The translations under genes were made by a program, and so were the position numbers. The notes beneath the pieces were generated by a model. It saw only the letters and a list, made by a program, of their open reading frames with translations, searched no databases and was not told the DNA's origin. Positions 38,564 through 52,930 of a stretch of DNA of 64,000 nt are shown here, in pieces (position 1 is the stretch's first letter; the number at the start of each line of letters is the position of its first letter). Source of the DNA: Octopus bimaculoides (Eukaryota); NCBI RefSeq assembly GCF_001194135.2, contig NC_068992.1, positions 61,088,708 to 61,152,707 on the forward strand. Reading direction: 5' to 3'.

Positions 38564-38923
38564 TGTACATAATCAGTTTACAGGATAATAATTTTTATTA
38601 GGAATTGAATCGTACCCTAATTAATTAGAACAAAGATTGGCAGTTATGATTAGATATACATTATGATGGTTTTATTGCCCCTCTTGAGAATTGGCCAGGC
38701 TAACTTGATTTCTTTCTAACATGTTCTTTAGAACAAAACAATTCTACCATGTTAAGCAAGTTAAGAATAAGTTTAGTCCAAAAATGTTTCAATTTCCTTA
38801 CCCCTGTTATTGTTCCCACACCCCCATAATAATTTTTTTTCTTTGTTTTGCATATTATCTTTATTGAATATGATTATAGTTGTTACAAGACCACCATTAA
38901 TCTATTAGAATTCTAATACTTAA

Positions 38924-38954
38924 CTCATTAGCATTTAAACTGGCTATATCCAGC

Positions 38955-38989
<35 letters not shown>

Positions 38990-39146
38990 CAAACTGGCTA
39001 GATCTGGCCTCTCACACCTACCCTAGAATGTCATTCTGAAAATAAGCAGTCACATCATCAAAATCTCAAAGCTATGAGGTAACGCCTCATTAATTCAAAA
39101 TGTAAATAAATAAGTTACATCTGACAATGTGAATTCTAATGCTTAA
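38924..39146. mobile_element. piggyBac-type MITE, family A (opposite orientation to 55147), containing a (TA)n
   Basis: TTAA-ctcattagcatttaaac...; internal cctctcacacctaccct..aatgtcattct.aaaataagca is shared with 52729-52930. Confidence 0.55.
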
Positions 39147-40399
39147 ATTCAATCATAAGGTTTCCTCCTGATGTATCAGAGGCCATGTCTCACTCATCCA
39201 TTCCAATTTTTGGCATGGTTTCTATGGCTGGATACCCTTCATATCACCAACTAATTTACAGATTGTACTGGGTGCATTTTATCATGGCACCAGCATTAAA
39301 GAGGCTGTTGTTTTCAACGAGACTGAAATGTCTTCGCTATCTCATTGTTTTCATTTGTTTATTCATTAGTACCGGTGAAGTTTTAGAGCTGCTATTTCTA
39401 GCTGGTTAAATGACCATTGGGGCTTCTACTTGGCTTGTTGTGTGTGTATTTTGATCTCAAAGGTGAATAAGACAATTACTGAGGGTGTGATCGTTGCATT
39501 GATTTAAGTGTTATGTTGGTTTATAGGTGTGTCTATATTGTCAATAGCTTAATATTTCTTGCTTGTCAGTATCTATCAAAGGGTGAATGATTAGCTCTTT
39601 TATTTATGGGTGTTGTAAGAATGGGTGCATCAACGTTCATAGTTTTCACATGAGAATTAGTGGAGTAAGTGAAATGACCCCACCCAGGAATTGGAACTGG
39701 GTCAAAGACTTTGCTACCTACTCTAGCTACATACGTGCTTGCCATGTGGTCGGTCTACCCACAGATTCCTACACCCCTCCCCTTTTCTCACACAGCAGTG
39801 AGACACAGACAAACAAACACGAAGATAGAGCTGAGATAGATGTAGGAAGAATATAGCGAACGGAGTAGAATTGAAATAGAGAGAATGGAAATAAGGAATA
39901 TGAGTTTGCTGCTGATTAGGACAAGGTGACATATAAAACCAGATGAAGAACACATCTCTCTGCCTCACACCACTCTCTTTCTTTCTTTCTCTCACATTCT
40001 CTCTTCCTATCTCTTATTATTTTTCATTTTCGTTACATTTCCCTCACATCTAACCCATATTGGATAATGTTACACTTATATTTTTATACATACATATACA
40101 TACTTATGCACAACAAGCAAAAACACAGCTCATATACACATACATATATGCACAATATACACATCACATATGCCCCCCCACCACCACCACCACACACTCT
40201 TATGCATGTGCAAATTCTACTTTCCCTAGAAGAAAATATTTCTAGCTTTGCTCTTAAGCAATTCCAGCGTAATAACTTCTAGAGAGAGCATGTAGATCTG
40301 AATAAAAGAAATGATTCCACTTTCAACCTATTTAAGTCTTATCAGCTTCAGTGCATCTAGTGCCATACATTTGATCTCACTCTGGTTATTCATACATAT

Positions 40400-40435
<36 letters not shown>

Positions 40436-43400
40436 GTCTGTCTATCTATCTATCTATCTTTCTATCTATCTATCTATCTATCTTAATATATTAATTGAAT
40501 GTTTTACTCCATCCCCTCTTTTTCTCTTACATTTTCGCTTTTTCCTTATGTAGCCATCTCACTGGTGCACTGCATTAAGTATTTTAGTTCCAGTTAACCA
40601 TCTGATAATATACTATTACCTATTACAATTCAGTGCTCTGCTGTCAGTTTAAGAGACAATTGATTTCCACAACTTGCATAAGCGCACGCACGCACACACA
40701 TTCAATGAATACACCACACACATACATATACACACACACACAGGTCCCCAGCATAGCTGAAGTCTGAAACCAGTAGGCAGTAAATATACACAAGCTAGTG
40801 AGGAAACCACTAGATGGTCATTGAATATACAAGAAATAACAGACAAATATCCATCAATCTTCAGCCTACTTGCTTAAAATAAGGAAGAAACAATGAATAA
40901 TTTGGTTCTAGACAGAATATTTAACAAAGAAAAAAAAGTCACTAGTGGAATAGAGCTATTCAACAGGGCTGACCTGGGGTTAAGCAAAAGGAATTGTAAA
41001 TACCAACTTAATGTTCGTCATGTTAGTTTGGTAAGTGAGAAAGCATTGGGGGTATGATCACTTAATCTTAATTCTCCCTCAGCTGGATTGCTACAAGTCC
41101 GGTTATGTTCCTTTTGTGTTATGATTAATGCAGAACATACATGAATGAAAAGCAGAGGATTTTTTATGGCCCCTGCATATTCTTGTGATCATTTCACATT
41201 TACATAAGAGAAATTACAGTGAAGAATATCTTGAAATATTTTGCCATCAGATGATCTCCTTGCTTCCATCATTCTTACTTGGCGAAACAGCAGACTGCAT
41301 GAATCACTTATAAGATGTGTGATGCTGTGTGTAATTGTGAATTGCAGGCAGTGAATGTATAATATACACAGTGATTGTGGAAAATTATGCAGGGATTAAG
41401 GAGCAACACATTGTGAATAGCTCTTTGGGGTAGCACTGCATCAATTTTTGAGAAAGCCTGAATGTGAGTTGTTTAGAGAATGATTGTATATCAAAAGTAT
41501 TTGGTCAGTATGTACTGGTGAGATTAATGAAGTTGTTTTAGATATATCCATTGAATTATATTGATTATGTATGTATATTCATAAGCACAGGCATAGCTGC
41601 ATGGTAAGAAGTTTGCTTTCTAACCTTGCAGTTCTAGGTTTAGTCCTATTGCTTGGCACCTTATGCAGGTGCCTTCTACTAAAGCCCCAGGATGATCAAA
41701 GGATTTGGAAACTGAAAGAAGCCTGTTGTGTGTATCTCCTTATCTTGACATCACAGTTGTAAAATGTTTGTCACTGTCATATAAGCAATGTCATTTATTT
41801 CCAACATGCTTCAACAAGTCTGGCCATGGAAATAATTGAGGGTTGGCAACAGGAAGGACATTTGGCCATAGAAAATGTTCCTCAATAAACTCCATCTGAC
41901 CCATGCAGGCATGAATAAGTGGACGTTAATAAGATGATGTCAAGTGAATGATAAACATTACAAGTGCAATATAGATCATAGAAATGTTGTGAGGAAATTT
42001 GGATAACTTGTGAGCACGTCAGACACCAAAAGTGGTATGACATAAGGTCAAGAAACATTGAGGTAAAGATACTATATTGCTGACATATGCATCTGGTAAT
42101 AGTATAGAAATCTCAACCTCACTCCAGATGTTATGATGATGGTGACAGCAATAATGATTATGAAAATAAGTTCCAGTGATATAATATATTTTGTGTAATT
42201 TATTTGTGGTGAGTAGTTGATAATGTAAATAAAGAAATAAAACAGAAAATGGAGGTTTAGATGATGTAAGAATCACACCCATTTTTAATAGAAATGAAAG
42301 TGTATTTGCATGAAACATCCGTTGAAAGAAAAAGATATGCATGGGAGTGCATTTCATCCACCTCTGTCTGCAATAACTTCAAATGACTTAAGCATCTTAC
42401 TCAAGTCTTTAACAGATTTTTAATTACTTTCCAGTGTTATACCCACCTACTACCAACCTCACACCACCAAATTCTCAGTGAAGATTTGTCAAATAATTTA
42501 TTTACTTTGCTCTTTATTTAAGTAATTAAGTGACTCAAATGTTGCTGCTTTCATCTGTAAACTATATTATGAAGCTGGGTGTGTATAATATATATGTGTG
42601 TCTGTATGTATATGTGTGTGTGTTTAGGTATGTATATGTGTGTTTGTGTGTGTATGTATATATGTGTGTGTGGGTGTGTTTGTACGCATGTATGCAACTG
42701 TGTTTGTTGGATTTCAGAGCAAATCAACTTGCAGGAGAGGGTGGAAGGGAGGGATGTAACTAGTTAGTAACAGTGAAAGAGAGAAATTAAACCAGAGCTT
42801 AAAACCAATGAAGTGAGTGAAAGTAGATGACCAGCTTTTCATTGTACTGAATGACATAAGACTGATGAGTAGAGAGATCATGTGACTTGAGAGGGTTGAT
42901 GCGAGCTGAGGTGGAGTGGAGGAGGGAACTAACAAGAATAAGAGAAAAGACATGCTGGTGCAGAGAGAGAGAGAAAGAAAGAAAGAGAAAAGACAAGTTG
43001 CTGCAGTAGTTTATGCTAAGTTTCAATAAAAGTTTTTCTGGGTCTGTTAGCTGCACAGTTATGGTATTTTAGCACAATGCCAATGTCTCTAAGACATCTG
43101 TACCTCAAACCATCATCCTATGGCAATGAACTTGTGCTGTTTCCGCCTCTTTGAACCACAAAAAAAAAAAGGAAAAAGGACTGTTCATGTTTAAAAAAAA
43201 AAAAATGGGGCTAATGCAGAATTGCACCTCTCCTGGAAAAGTGCATTTTTTAAAATCAGGGTATGAGATGCTTTGGCACAGTTGTTTTGGCGTTGCCAAT
43301 TCAATGCAGACTCATTCGACACCAGACATTTTACTTATTCTCTCATTTTCTCCTCCCCCCCACCCTCTCTATCCATGTAACCATCTAGTTATGTCTTTAT

Positions 43401-43644
43401 GCATAATCTCTGTCTCTCTCCTCTGTCTCTGCGTGTATACTTTTGCATGTTTGTTTGTCTCCAGCAATCTCAGTCACCAAAAGAGGTTGAATATACCCCA
43501 TCAGCTGTGCCAAAGCATCAATGCCCAACACAGTTCATCATCTCATCCCAAATAGATTAACCCTTTTTATCTTTTACTTGTCTCAGTCATTAGATGAAAG
43601 ATATTTTGCTAACATTGTGATGCCTTATTATAGTGAGTGGGTGT

Positions 43645-43709
<65 letters not shown>

Positions 43710-43868
43710 ATTATGGTGTATGTGTATGTATGTGACAGAGGGTGATGTTTGTTGATATTTCCCTGTCAGTTACTTTCTAGTAAATCTGCATTGTAGGGGA
43801 TAAATGGAATCAAAACTCTTTTACTTGAAAAATAAGTAAGATGAAGAATATATATAATGAAATATATA

Positions 43869-44935
43869 TTGGGTCATCCCTTTAAATAATGTGATTTTTT
43901 TATACTTCATTTATTCTTCAAAATTAAGATAAACAGTTCTTTTTAATCTAGAATATATATTCTCCTTCATTTTCTATAATGCTTTTCCATCTGTCTGGTA
44001 GACTTGCAAGGCCCCTCTTCCAAAATTCACTTGTCCATGATAAAAAATACTCCTCCAGTACTGTTCTGACCTCTTCTACAGAATTCATATTTTTTCTGTC
44101 CAAATGATTTTGAAGACTGCGGAATAAATGATAATCAGATGGGGCAATGTCTGGCAAATATGGTGGGTGGGGCATCGTTTCCCATTCAAACTGCTCCAAC
44201 TTTTGGAATGTCATCCCCACTGTATGTGGCCAACCATTATCTTGATGGAAGACCACCTTTCATCTTGAAACCAAAGATGGTTGTTTTTCTTCTAGCACTG
44301 ACTGAAGCCATTCAAGCTGCTCACAGTAGTAGATCTCCTTTATCATTTAGTTTGGGTTTAAAAGTTCAAAGTGGACTAAACCTTTCATATCCCATCAAAC
44401 AGATAACACGTTATGTAGGTGAAGACCTCCTTTAGCCTTTCCCAACCCACTGTCTTCAGCACTTGACATTTTTATAAAGAACCCATTTCTCATCACCAGT
44501 CACTATTCAGTCCAAGAAAGGTTCATTTGTGAGATGTGCATAATTAGACTCAGAAAGTTTGTGAGAAACCCATTGACCACCCAATTTGCTTACTTTTCCA
44601 ATGGCACACAGGTGTCGATGAGTTGTTGAATGACCAAATCCAAGCTTCTCTGCTAGTTCCTCAACAGTTACAGTGGGATTTTGTTCCACCAGGGTTTACA
44701 GAATGTCCTTCTCAAGCTCTACAGATCTTCCAGGACGAGGCTTATCTTCTAGGATGTAGTTTCTGGCTCGGAATTTCAAGAACCATGTTGACACTGGCTT
44801 ACACTTATTGTCCGATCCCCATATACTGCATTAATATTCCTTGCACTTTCTGTTGCGTTGTTGCCTTTATTGAATTCAGTTTAGTAAGCTAACAAAATAC
44901 ATACCATATATAAAGTCTCCTTTGTGTCTACAGCA
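43869..44935 (-). mobile_element. Decayed mariner (DD34D) DNA transposon with disrupted transposase
   Basis: Minus-strand fragments read EFNKGNNATESARNINAVYGDRTISV, EQNPTVTVEELAEKLGFGHST..RHL..IGKVSKLGGQWVSHKLS, FLD*IVTGDEKWVLYKN and VFHQDN...HPPYLPDIAPSDYHLFRSLQNHL. I count 34 residues between the 2nd and 3rd D. Stops, frameshifts and an apparent deletion before HLTNEPF. TA-ttgggtcatccc at 43867 looks like the 3' TIR; no matching 5' TIR seen. Confidence 0.92.
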
Positions 44936-45189
44936 GAAATATTTACATATCTCCATGCATTAACTTACAATGAAGTAAACTTGTTCATCAGAAGTATCCA
45001 CAATGGACACACAATGATTAAGATCAGGAAGTTAACTGCTTAAATATTTAACTAGCTATGACTCATAGAGTTTCTTTTTTTTTTTTTAATCTAATGGATT
45101 GAGTAAAATTTTCCTCTGAGTAGAAAGTTGGTTTATCTGAATTCCTTACAGCTAAGTGAACTGCTGTACTATTAAGTATACAATCTTAA

Positions 45190-45330
45190 CTCTTTTGTTA
45201 TTGAGACTACCCTTAGTTCTATGATAAAATCTTCCATCAAAATTCTGCGTTTATGTATATTCCAAGTATTAGCTTAACCCTTTAACATTTAAACCAGCCA
45301 TACCTGGCCCAAAAATTCTACCTGTCTCAA
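45190..45330. mobile_element. Partial family B MITE followed at an internal TTAA by the start of a family A MITE
   Basis: TTAA-ctcttttgttattgagac...ccaagtattagc-TTAA-ccctttaacatttaaacc (family A starts at 45278). Confidence 0.5.
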
Positions 45331-46951
45331 GGAAACAATGCACTGCTTGGCCCAGGAATTGAATCTATGACTTTCTGCCCATTAGCTACACACCTTAAAC
45401 ACTAGGCTACAGATTGCAAATAGATGAGAAAAATTGTGGTCTATTCATCTCTCACTGAGTTCTGTAATAATTCACATGGATGCAGTTGCTGTCAATAAAT
45501 TAGTATTTTTAACAACTGAAAACAATGCAGTTCAATAAATCTTCAGAAAGTTTATATAGCAAAATAGTTTATAAGATATTTTTTACTTTGAGCCAGTGTT
45601 TGTTGGAAATGCAAAATTAGGTTTCTACATAATGTTAAGGATGTGGTGGAATTTTTGTATACTAGCAGTATGCAATGACTAGTTATTTGGTATGTACCGT
45701 GTTAACCTAAATTTTCTTATCAAAGTTTTAGTGCTGTGCATGACAGCGATGATGATAGATAGAGCAACTATTTATGTTATTGATCTTGTCAGTATCAGGA
45801 AAATTTTTCTTCTCTTTATGGACCACCTACTTTCTATATATTTATAAGCTATGTATAAGAAATTGAAAAAATATTAACTATTTATAAGATTTTTTAATGC
45901 ATTGTTTTTGTTCCTTTGTTTTTATGAATGAAATAGATTTGAAAATTTAAGCAACAATGTAGGTTAATGCTGATAGTTAGAACAGTGTTTTGCAGGTGGA
46001 TATCCTTTCAAATACTAACTTTTGTCTTTTGATCTGCTGCGGAAGCTATGGCAGGTAATGTACTTTGCCTAGGCTAGACTATGTAATCCAGTATCCGGAA
46101 CATACCCTGTGGATTTTATGTCTGGCTTCTGGCCGTTTAAAAAGCATGTAGCCTAATCAACAAAGCTTTTGTACATTGCTGTTCCGACAACCTATTATCT
46201 TTCCTCCCTTCTTCATTGCAACAAGCACTTACTCATTCTCACTTAAAACTCAATGCATCTTTAATTCCCTTGTTTTAAGTCATAATTCAATGTAGAGGAA
46301 ACACACCCTCTTTGATAAGCCTTACTGCTCCATATCACACGTCTCTGAAGTGGCTGCTAATTAACTGACTCTCCACATATTAAAGAAGTTTACCACTTAT
46401 GTAGATTATCTCTTAGATACAAGACAATCACTTGGTTTGTTGGAAACTGATAAGTTTGTTGTTTTTTTATATCTTACTGTGCTTAGCTCAAAACCTTTTA
46501 TGTAAGAACAGGATGAACTTGTTTACTTACTTGACTTGATTGAAAATTCCCTTTTATGCCGGAAAAATAAAACTTAGCCATTTAATAGAGATTAAAAAGT
46601 CACGTGTCAGTTTTAATTAAGTTCCAAGTTGATATGATGAACTAAAATCTTGGAAGCAATATGGCTGCAGTCCAGTGAGTGAAACCAAGTAAAGAATAAA
46701 AATAAAAAAGGTATTTAAATTTCTGAGGAAAGTTTGTTGTGACTTTATATATTATTATCTTGCAAGTTCGCTTGCCATCAGACTATTTATATACTTGAAT
46801 AGACTGGTTGTGTAGTTTTGATAATAAAAGTTAGAACTATTTATGTTCTTTGTGCATTGGTGATTTTCTTTCAAGCATGTGTAATAGGATTTTGGGGGAA
46901 AGGAAACAGAAGTAGTAATATTCATAATTTTTTTATCAATGCTAATTACCA

Positions 46952-47340
46952 TTAAGGCAGTGAGCTTGCAGAATCATTAGCATGCTGGACAAAATGCTTA
47001 GTGGCATTTCATCTGTCATTATGTCACCGAGGTTGACTTAGCCTTTCAGCCTTCTTGGGGGTTGATAAAATAAGTACCAGTCGAGCACTGGAGATGATGT
47101 TATCAACTTAACCCAACCCCCGAAATTACTGGCCTTGTGCCAAAATTTGAAACCAATATTAATTATCAGTAAGCTGGCAGAATCATTAGCACTCTGGGCA
47201 AAATGTTTAGCAGTATTTCATCTCTCTTTATGCTCTGAGTTCAAATTCTGCTGTTCCTTTAAGTTGAGCACTGAGGTTAATGTAATCAACTTACTCTACT
47301 CCCCCAAATTGCTGGCCCTGTGCCAAAATTTGAAACCAAC
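46952..47340 (+). mobile_element. Two tandem copies of the same SINE
   Basis: aaggcagtgagcttgcagaatcattagc... and aagctggcagaatcattagc...; second copy internally deleted. Confidence 0.75.
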
Positions 47341-50300
47341 ATCATCAGTACATATTAAGTAAAATATCTTCAATTTGAAATTAAAACAAGATAGCCAAGG
47401 TGGACACCGTCCACTAGGACTATTTATTTCATTTTATAGTGATGATGATGATAATGGTACCTGATACTTCTTTCAATCATTTTGTTGTGTGAAAATATTT
47501 TGTGTATGAAAAACAGTCCAGATGAGGATTACCTTAAATTAAGGTAACTTCTAAATTTTTTCACTTCCTTGAGATTACAAGATTATCAGCTGCAGTCAGG
47601 AGTGATGACATCAGTAAATTTATTTATTTTTACAGCAGATTTTGACAAAATCCCTGCTATATTTAGATAGCCAATCAAATGAATGTTTAGAAAGTATTTC
47701 TTAGTGAGATGGAAGTGGTAAGAATTTCTTCAACCTCACCTTGCTCTTGCATACCATTCTTTTTTTGGCAATGGCAATCAGTCTAAGCAAAAGATGGTGT
47801 AACTACCCCTCCCCCATTGAAAAGTAAAACAAACAACTAAAAGTGGTTAATAATAATGATTCATGGCTTATCTGTAAGTTTACATGCTTAATAATGGAAG
47901 CAAATGTGATTGAGTGGTGTTCATTACTTTCTCAGTGGCATTATCAATATAATTGAAGTAAACTTCAACTAAAAATTTGATAGTAGTTACTGATCTTCTC
48001 ACTGACAACATTCTCCTTTATAATTAAGCACAGGGCATTTTTCTGGTAGGGATATCTAGGCAATTATATGCACACACGCACACACATGAGCATACACTCA
48101 TAGAGAGAGAGAAAGCTATTCAAACATACATGCATTTATATATTTACACATACATATGCATGCACATATGCACACTCATATATAGCTACATACACTCACA
48201 TATGCATGCACATACATCTACACATACAGGCATACACATACATACATACACACACACAATTTACATTCAGTAAATGCCTCACCTCTGGAGCTCTGGAAAC
48301 CAAAGATGACAATGGCAGCATATTTGGATTCAGGCATCAACTTAAATACTATGATAACATCCATTTTGGCACTGTGTCAGCCATACCATCAAATATTACT
48401 ACTACTAATAATAACAATCCTTTTGTATTTCTGTGGGCAAAATTAAGGAATCCTTTATTATTACAAGGTTATATTGTGCAAACAAACTAGCTACCTAATC
48501 TATTTTCACAGAAACTGCTCACCTGTTTTAGTATATTTACTATATTCATATATGAATATAATACAAATATTATCATAAATTGCATAAAATGAAAAGAAAA
48601 GCACACTCAATGTAAGTTATAGAGTAAGAATACTTTTATATTATCAAGCAATATACTACTCTTCCTTTCTCCCTCTCAAATTATTTTTCACTAATTCTCA
48701 TTCTACCTTTTTACCACTAACCTAGAATCTATGTATCTCCAGCATTAAAGAGGCTTGGTGCTTCCAGCCAATATTTCTTTGTAGCTTATCCTGCTAGTCA
48801 CAGAGGATTCTTTTCACTGGACAATAGAATATGCAATGAGTTTCCCACTGGACTGAATTGAGGTACTAATATTGTGCCAGGCCATTGGGTTATTTCTAGA
48901 TTTTAGATGGGTACCACCATTCTCTGAAGTAGCTCTATAAATAGAACTAGACTAGATGTAGTGTTTGATGTCTACCGTATTTTATAGTGAGTGATATGAA
49001 GAAAAAATATAAGTAAACTGAAGAAAAAAGTATCACAATTAAGACTTTATTCATGAACAAGTAATTAAGTTGAATGATTCTCCCAAGCCACCATTCTTTA
49101 ACAAGTTATAATTCTTTGGAGGGTTAAACAATTTTGGATGAAATTAGTGTGACCATTAACATAATGAAAGTATAAAAATAAGCCAACAAATAATTACAAC
49201 TATAATTAAATGGAAATTTTAGAATTATTCAACTATGTGTTCAAATCAGCAGGATTTATTTCCCTACTCGTATAAACATTGTCATATTAAGTCTCTTGGC
49301 TGAAAGCATATTTATTGAAATTTAGATATAGCTAATGCTCTGCTATGAAAAAAATTTCTGAAAGGTTTTACAAGCAACTTTTTTTCTCTCCACCTCCACC
49401 CATACACAAATACAGATAAATTGATGATTTCTTTTGAATTATGTCGTGTCTTTTAAAAGTGATATTTTATGTTTATTTGGAATGGAAATTTAGGTTAAAC
49501 ACATTTAGATGACATCAAACCTTGTTGGTGTTTATTAATGTAACACATCTGTCACCAGGCTTATTTGCAAACTAGTTCTTTCATGCCAAACTGTTTTCAT
49601 TCAGGTATTGTTTGCAAGAAAACTGCATTAGTTTGCTTCTTCAAGAATAAAATGCCACCTTTTAGATTTTACTTCAATCGGCCCTTGGATTTAAGTGTAT
49701 AAATGTATGACACATAAATGAAATGAAAGATAGAAAAAAACCGACACATCTATTAAATAAATAAATAAATTTTTAACATTAATAACATTATTTAGTAATT
49801 TTATCATTCATTTATATATTTTTGTCCCATTTTTGGTTATAGGAACTATTTTTCTTTTGTATATTCTTTGTATAGCTGATTACTGATTTAACAGAAGATA
49901 GTTTTATATCAATGTTTGTAATCCTCTATAGAGATCATTTCTAACCTAGTTTTTTAAAACTGTCCAAAGAGAAACAAACAAACGAGATGTTTGATTTCAA
50001 GAATTTTTAGATATGAATGAATCTTTTATTATATTTCATTCATTGGACTGTGGTCATGCTGGGGCATCACTTTAAAAGGTTGCATCAAACAAACTGACCT
50101 CATTATGTATTTTTTGTAAAGTCAGGTGCTTATTGTATTGGTCTGTTTTGCCAAACCATTAAATTATGGAGACATAAACTAACACCAATTACCAAGCAGT
50201 TGGGGAGGGGTAAACACAGACAGAAACAAATATATACATATATATTGTGTACACACACTTGGAGAAGCTTCCCCACTTCTCGAAAATTCACTCACAAAGC

Positions 50301-51083
50301 ATTGGCTGGCTCAGGCTTGTAGTATGACATTTTCCCAAGGTGCCATGCAGTGGGATTGAATCTAAAATCATGTGGTTGTAAAGTGAATTTATTGTTTTTA
50401 TTTACGTGCTAGCACCATGTAAAAGGCACTCATGCTTGCATCATGTAAAAAGCACCTGTGCTGGCACCACATAAAAAGCATCCAGTACAATCTGTAAAGT
50501 GGTTGGCAAAAAACAGACAACTGGAGCCTGGTGCCACTCTCCTGCTTGCCAGCCCTCGTCAAACAATCCAACCATTAGCAACATGGAAAATGAACATTAA
50601 ATGATATTGATGATTTTATTTTGTTCTTGGTTTTAAAATTTCCTTCCAAACACGCTTCATCATCACTTAAACATGTCTTCCATACTGCCATAGATTGGAC
50701 AGTTTGACATCCAACAAGCCAGATGACTGTTCTGCGTTCTAATGTCTGTTTTGGCAAGGTTTCTATGGCTGGATGTCCTTCCTAATGCTAACCACTTTAC
50801 AGAGTGCGCTGGGGTTTTTTTTTTTTTTTTGTACCAGTGCTAATGAAATCAAAGTAACTTGCAAAACAAAAAGTCTCCTCAGCGTAGTGGAAGGTGTAAT
50901 AGTGTGATGTGGCTTCATGGCTGGGGATGAGAGGCTAAAGTATGAAAGAGTTTGAAAGTATGAAAGGCATTCACTATGTTGTATTATTTCAAATATATAA
51001 TCTTTTGTAAAATTGAACCTGAACTGAAAGTTCTTCAGTTATTCCAGATGTTCTAATTACTGTCTCAATTTCTCTTTTTACAG

Positions 51084-51188
51084 AAAGACTCAACAGGACA
51101 ATGGCTGCTCGACCAAGTGTGTCAACGCCTAAATTTGATCGAAAAGGATTATTTTGGTCTTCGATATGTAGACATGGAAAGACAAAGA
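51084..51188 (+). CDS. FRMD5: Internal coding exon of a FERM-domain (band 4.1) protein, FRMD3/FRMD5-like; N-lobe
   Basis: Acceptor tctctttttacag| and donor |gtaagt; 105 bp, phase 0-0. Translates without stops to KDSTGQWLLDQVCQRLNLIEKDYFGLRYVDMERQR, which carries the FERM_N signature G..L.D.VC..LNL.EKDYFGL.Y.D...QR. The FERM call is firm. The symbol is my best match from memory (FRMD5 vs FRMD3 cannot be resolved). The ORF track shows only a different frame here. Confidence 0.93.
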
Positions 51189-52204
51189 GTAAGTTTCAAA
51201 AATATTTAATATTTTCAGTTTTATTTGAACTAAAACAAAATGAAACACCATTAAGTCAGCATAGACATATAATCATGGACACTCATACATACATACATAT
51301 ATACATACGTGCATACATACATATATACATGCGTGCATACATACATATGTACATGCACTGAGAACTGTAATAGTTTGTTTTGGTGATGTTGATTAGGGGT
51401 TAGTTAATGGAGGTGGTGGTAGTTTTTGTTAGTAGTAAAGATCTGATGGTAAACAATTTGTTTTCTGAAATTTATAAAAAGAAATCCATTTGATTTAATA
51501 CCTGCATCTTAGTGCAATTAACTGTCGTCACTACCAACAACAAACAACAGCCATCGCAAAAACAATTACCACCATGAAAAATAAAAGCATCACCATTTGC
51601 CATTATCATCACTTCTTTTTTCTCTTTTCACTCTCTCCTCTTTTCTCTCCTCCTTATAAGTGAATTCCCTTAATGTGACAAAAGGTAGATAAGAATGTTC
51701 TTTCATATTCATAGCAATAAGGATGGTATGGTCTATGGCTCAGGCAAGCTAGATTATGACAAAATATAGCTTATATATATATATGTATATATATATGTAT
51801 ATATATATATATATATATATAAAGTAATTAAGATTCAGTTGAATTAGGCACTTAAGTTGAAGCACCAAGTCAGTCTGGTATTATCCGCACAACTTGAAGT
51901 AAGGTGAATAAAATCAAAGTAAGTAATGAATGATAAGGAAGTAGATAATATTTGGAAATGAATTATAACCTTATGACTCCCACTGTGTTCCATGCGACTC
52001 TATAAATAAATTGTGGTCTGTTCTTTTGCTGTGTTAAGATATTTAAGGAAAATTATATTAATGTATCTTTTCTGTTGAAATTCCATACCTGTGCAGCTGA
52101 AGATTGCACTGCATTTGAAATTGATGTAATGATTGCATTTCTCAATCAAATGGAGCTGCTTGAAATGTACTGCATTACTACTTGAAACCCTATTATTTTG
52201 ATTT

Positions 52205-52262
<58 letters not shown>

Positions 52263-52728
52263 ATATGGGAATATATAGGTTCTTGTGACTCACTGCAGTG
52301 ACAATGTTCACCATCCTCCAATATATATTGGGTTTTAAACATTAGTCTATGAAAAGATTTTATCTCTGACAATTCCATAGCTTTATGCCTTCTAATGGTG
52401 TGTATACATCTAGTATTACACACATGTATATAACAAAAGATTTTCTTAAATTAAAAATCACTAATTATATAAAAAAGCAAATTTGTTTTAAATGGAGATT
52501 AAAACAACCCTGGATGAAAAGAAAATTTTGTGTGAGGGTTATTCATTGTTTGCAGTTTTTCAAGCAAGCATGTTATAAAATAATCTGTATAGAATATAAT
52601 TTAAGGTCTTAGAAGCTTACACTAAAGCTTAAGTGTCTTGGAAAACTTGTTCATAATTTCATTTTAGACATGTATGATTAATAAAAGACAGAGAAAATAA
52701 TAGTTTCTGTCTTTTTGCAAATGGTTAA

Positions 52729-52930
52729 CTCCTAACCATGTAAATTAGCCATATCTGCCCTAAATATTCTGTTTTAAATTACAACTGACCTCTCATACTT
52801 ACCCTATATCATTCTAAAATAAGCAATCACATCATTGAAATCTTGAAGTGACAAGATAATACATGATTAATTCAAAACAGTGTGAAAGAATAAGCAGTAC
52901 ATTTGACAGAGTAATCTGAATGTTAAAGAG
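52729..52930. mobile_element. piggyBac-type MITE, family A
   Basis: TTAA on the left; right end gtaatctgaatgttaaagag is the reverse complement of the 55147 left end. Confidence 0.6.

Noticed and set aside
679-38601. ORFs containing X runs or HTHT/CVCV/IYIY tracts
   Set aside because: Artefacts of N-gaps and dinucleotide microsatellites, which lack stop codons.
39931-39975. TATAAAA followed by pyrimidine-rich sequence as an alternative promoter
   Set aside because: TATA-like words are common in AT-rich DNA, and there is no linked exon or donor.
41585-41680. tRNA-like A/B-box heads here and at other SINE starts
   Set aside because: Decayed SINE heads that continue into CORE-like sequence; no complete cloverleaf, so not called tRNA genes.
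47636-47717. Acceptor (tttttacagcag) and donor (gtaaga) pair with an internal CCAAT
   Set aside because: Stops in all three frames and no independent support for a non-coding exon or promoter.
48206-48490. 94-aa ORF and an overlapping short hydrophobic ORF (MTMAAYLDSG...)
   Set aside because: Begins in a (CA/TA) repeat; hydrophobicity comes from AT-rich (ACT/AAT)n; no homology recognised.
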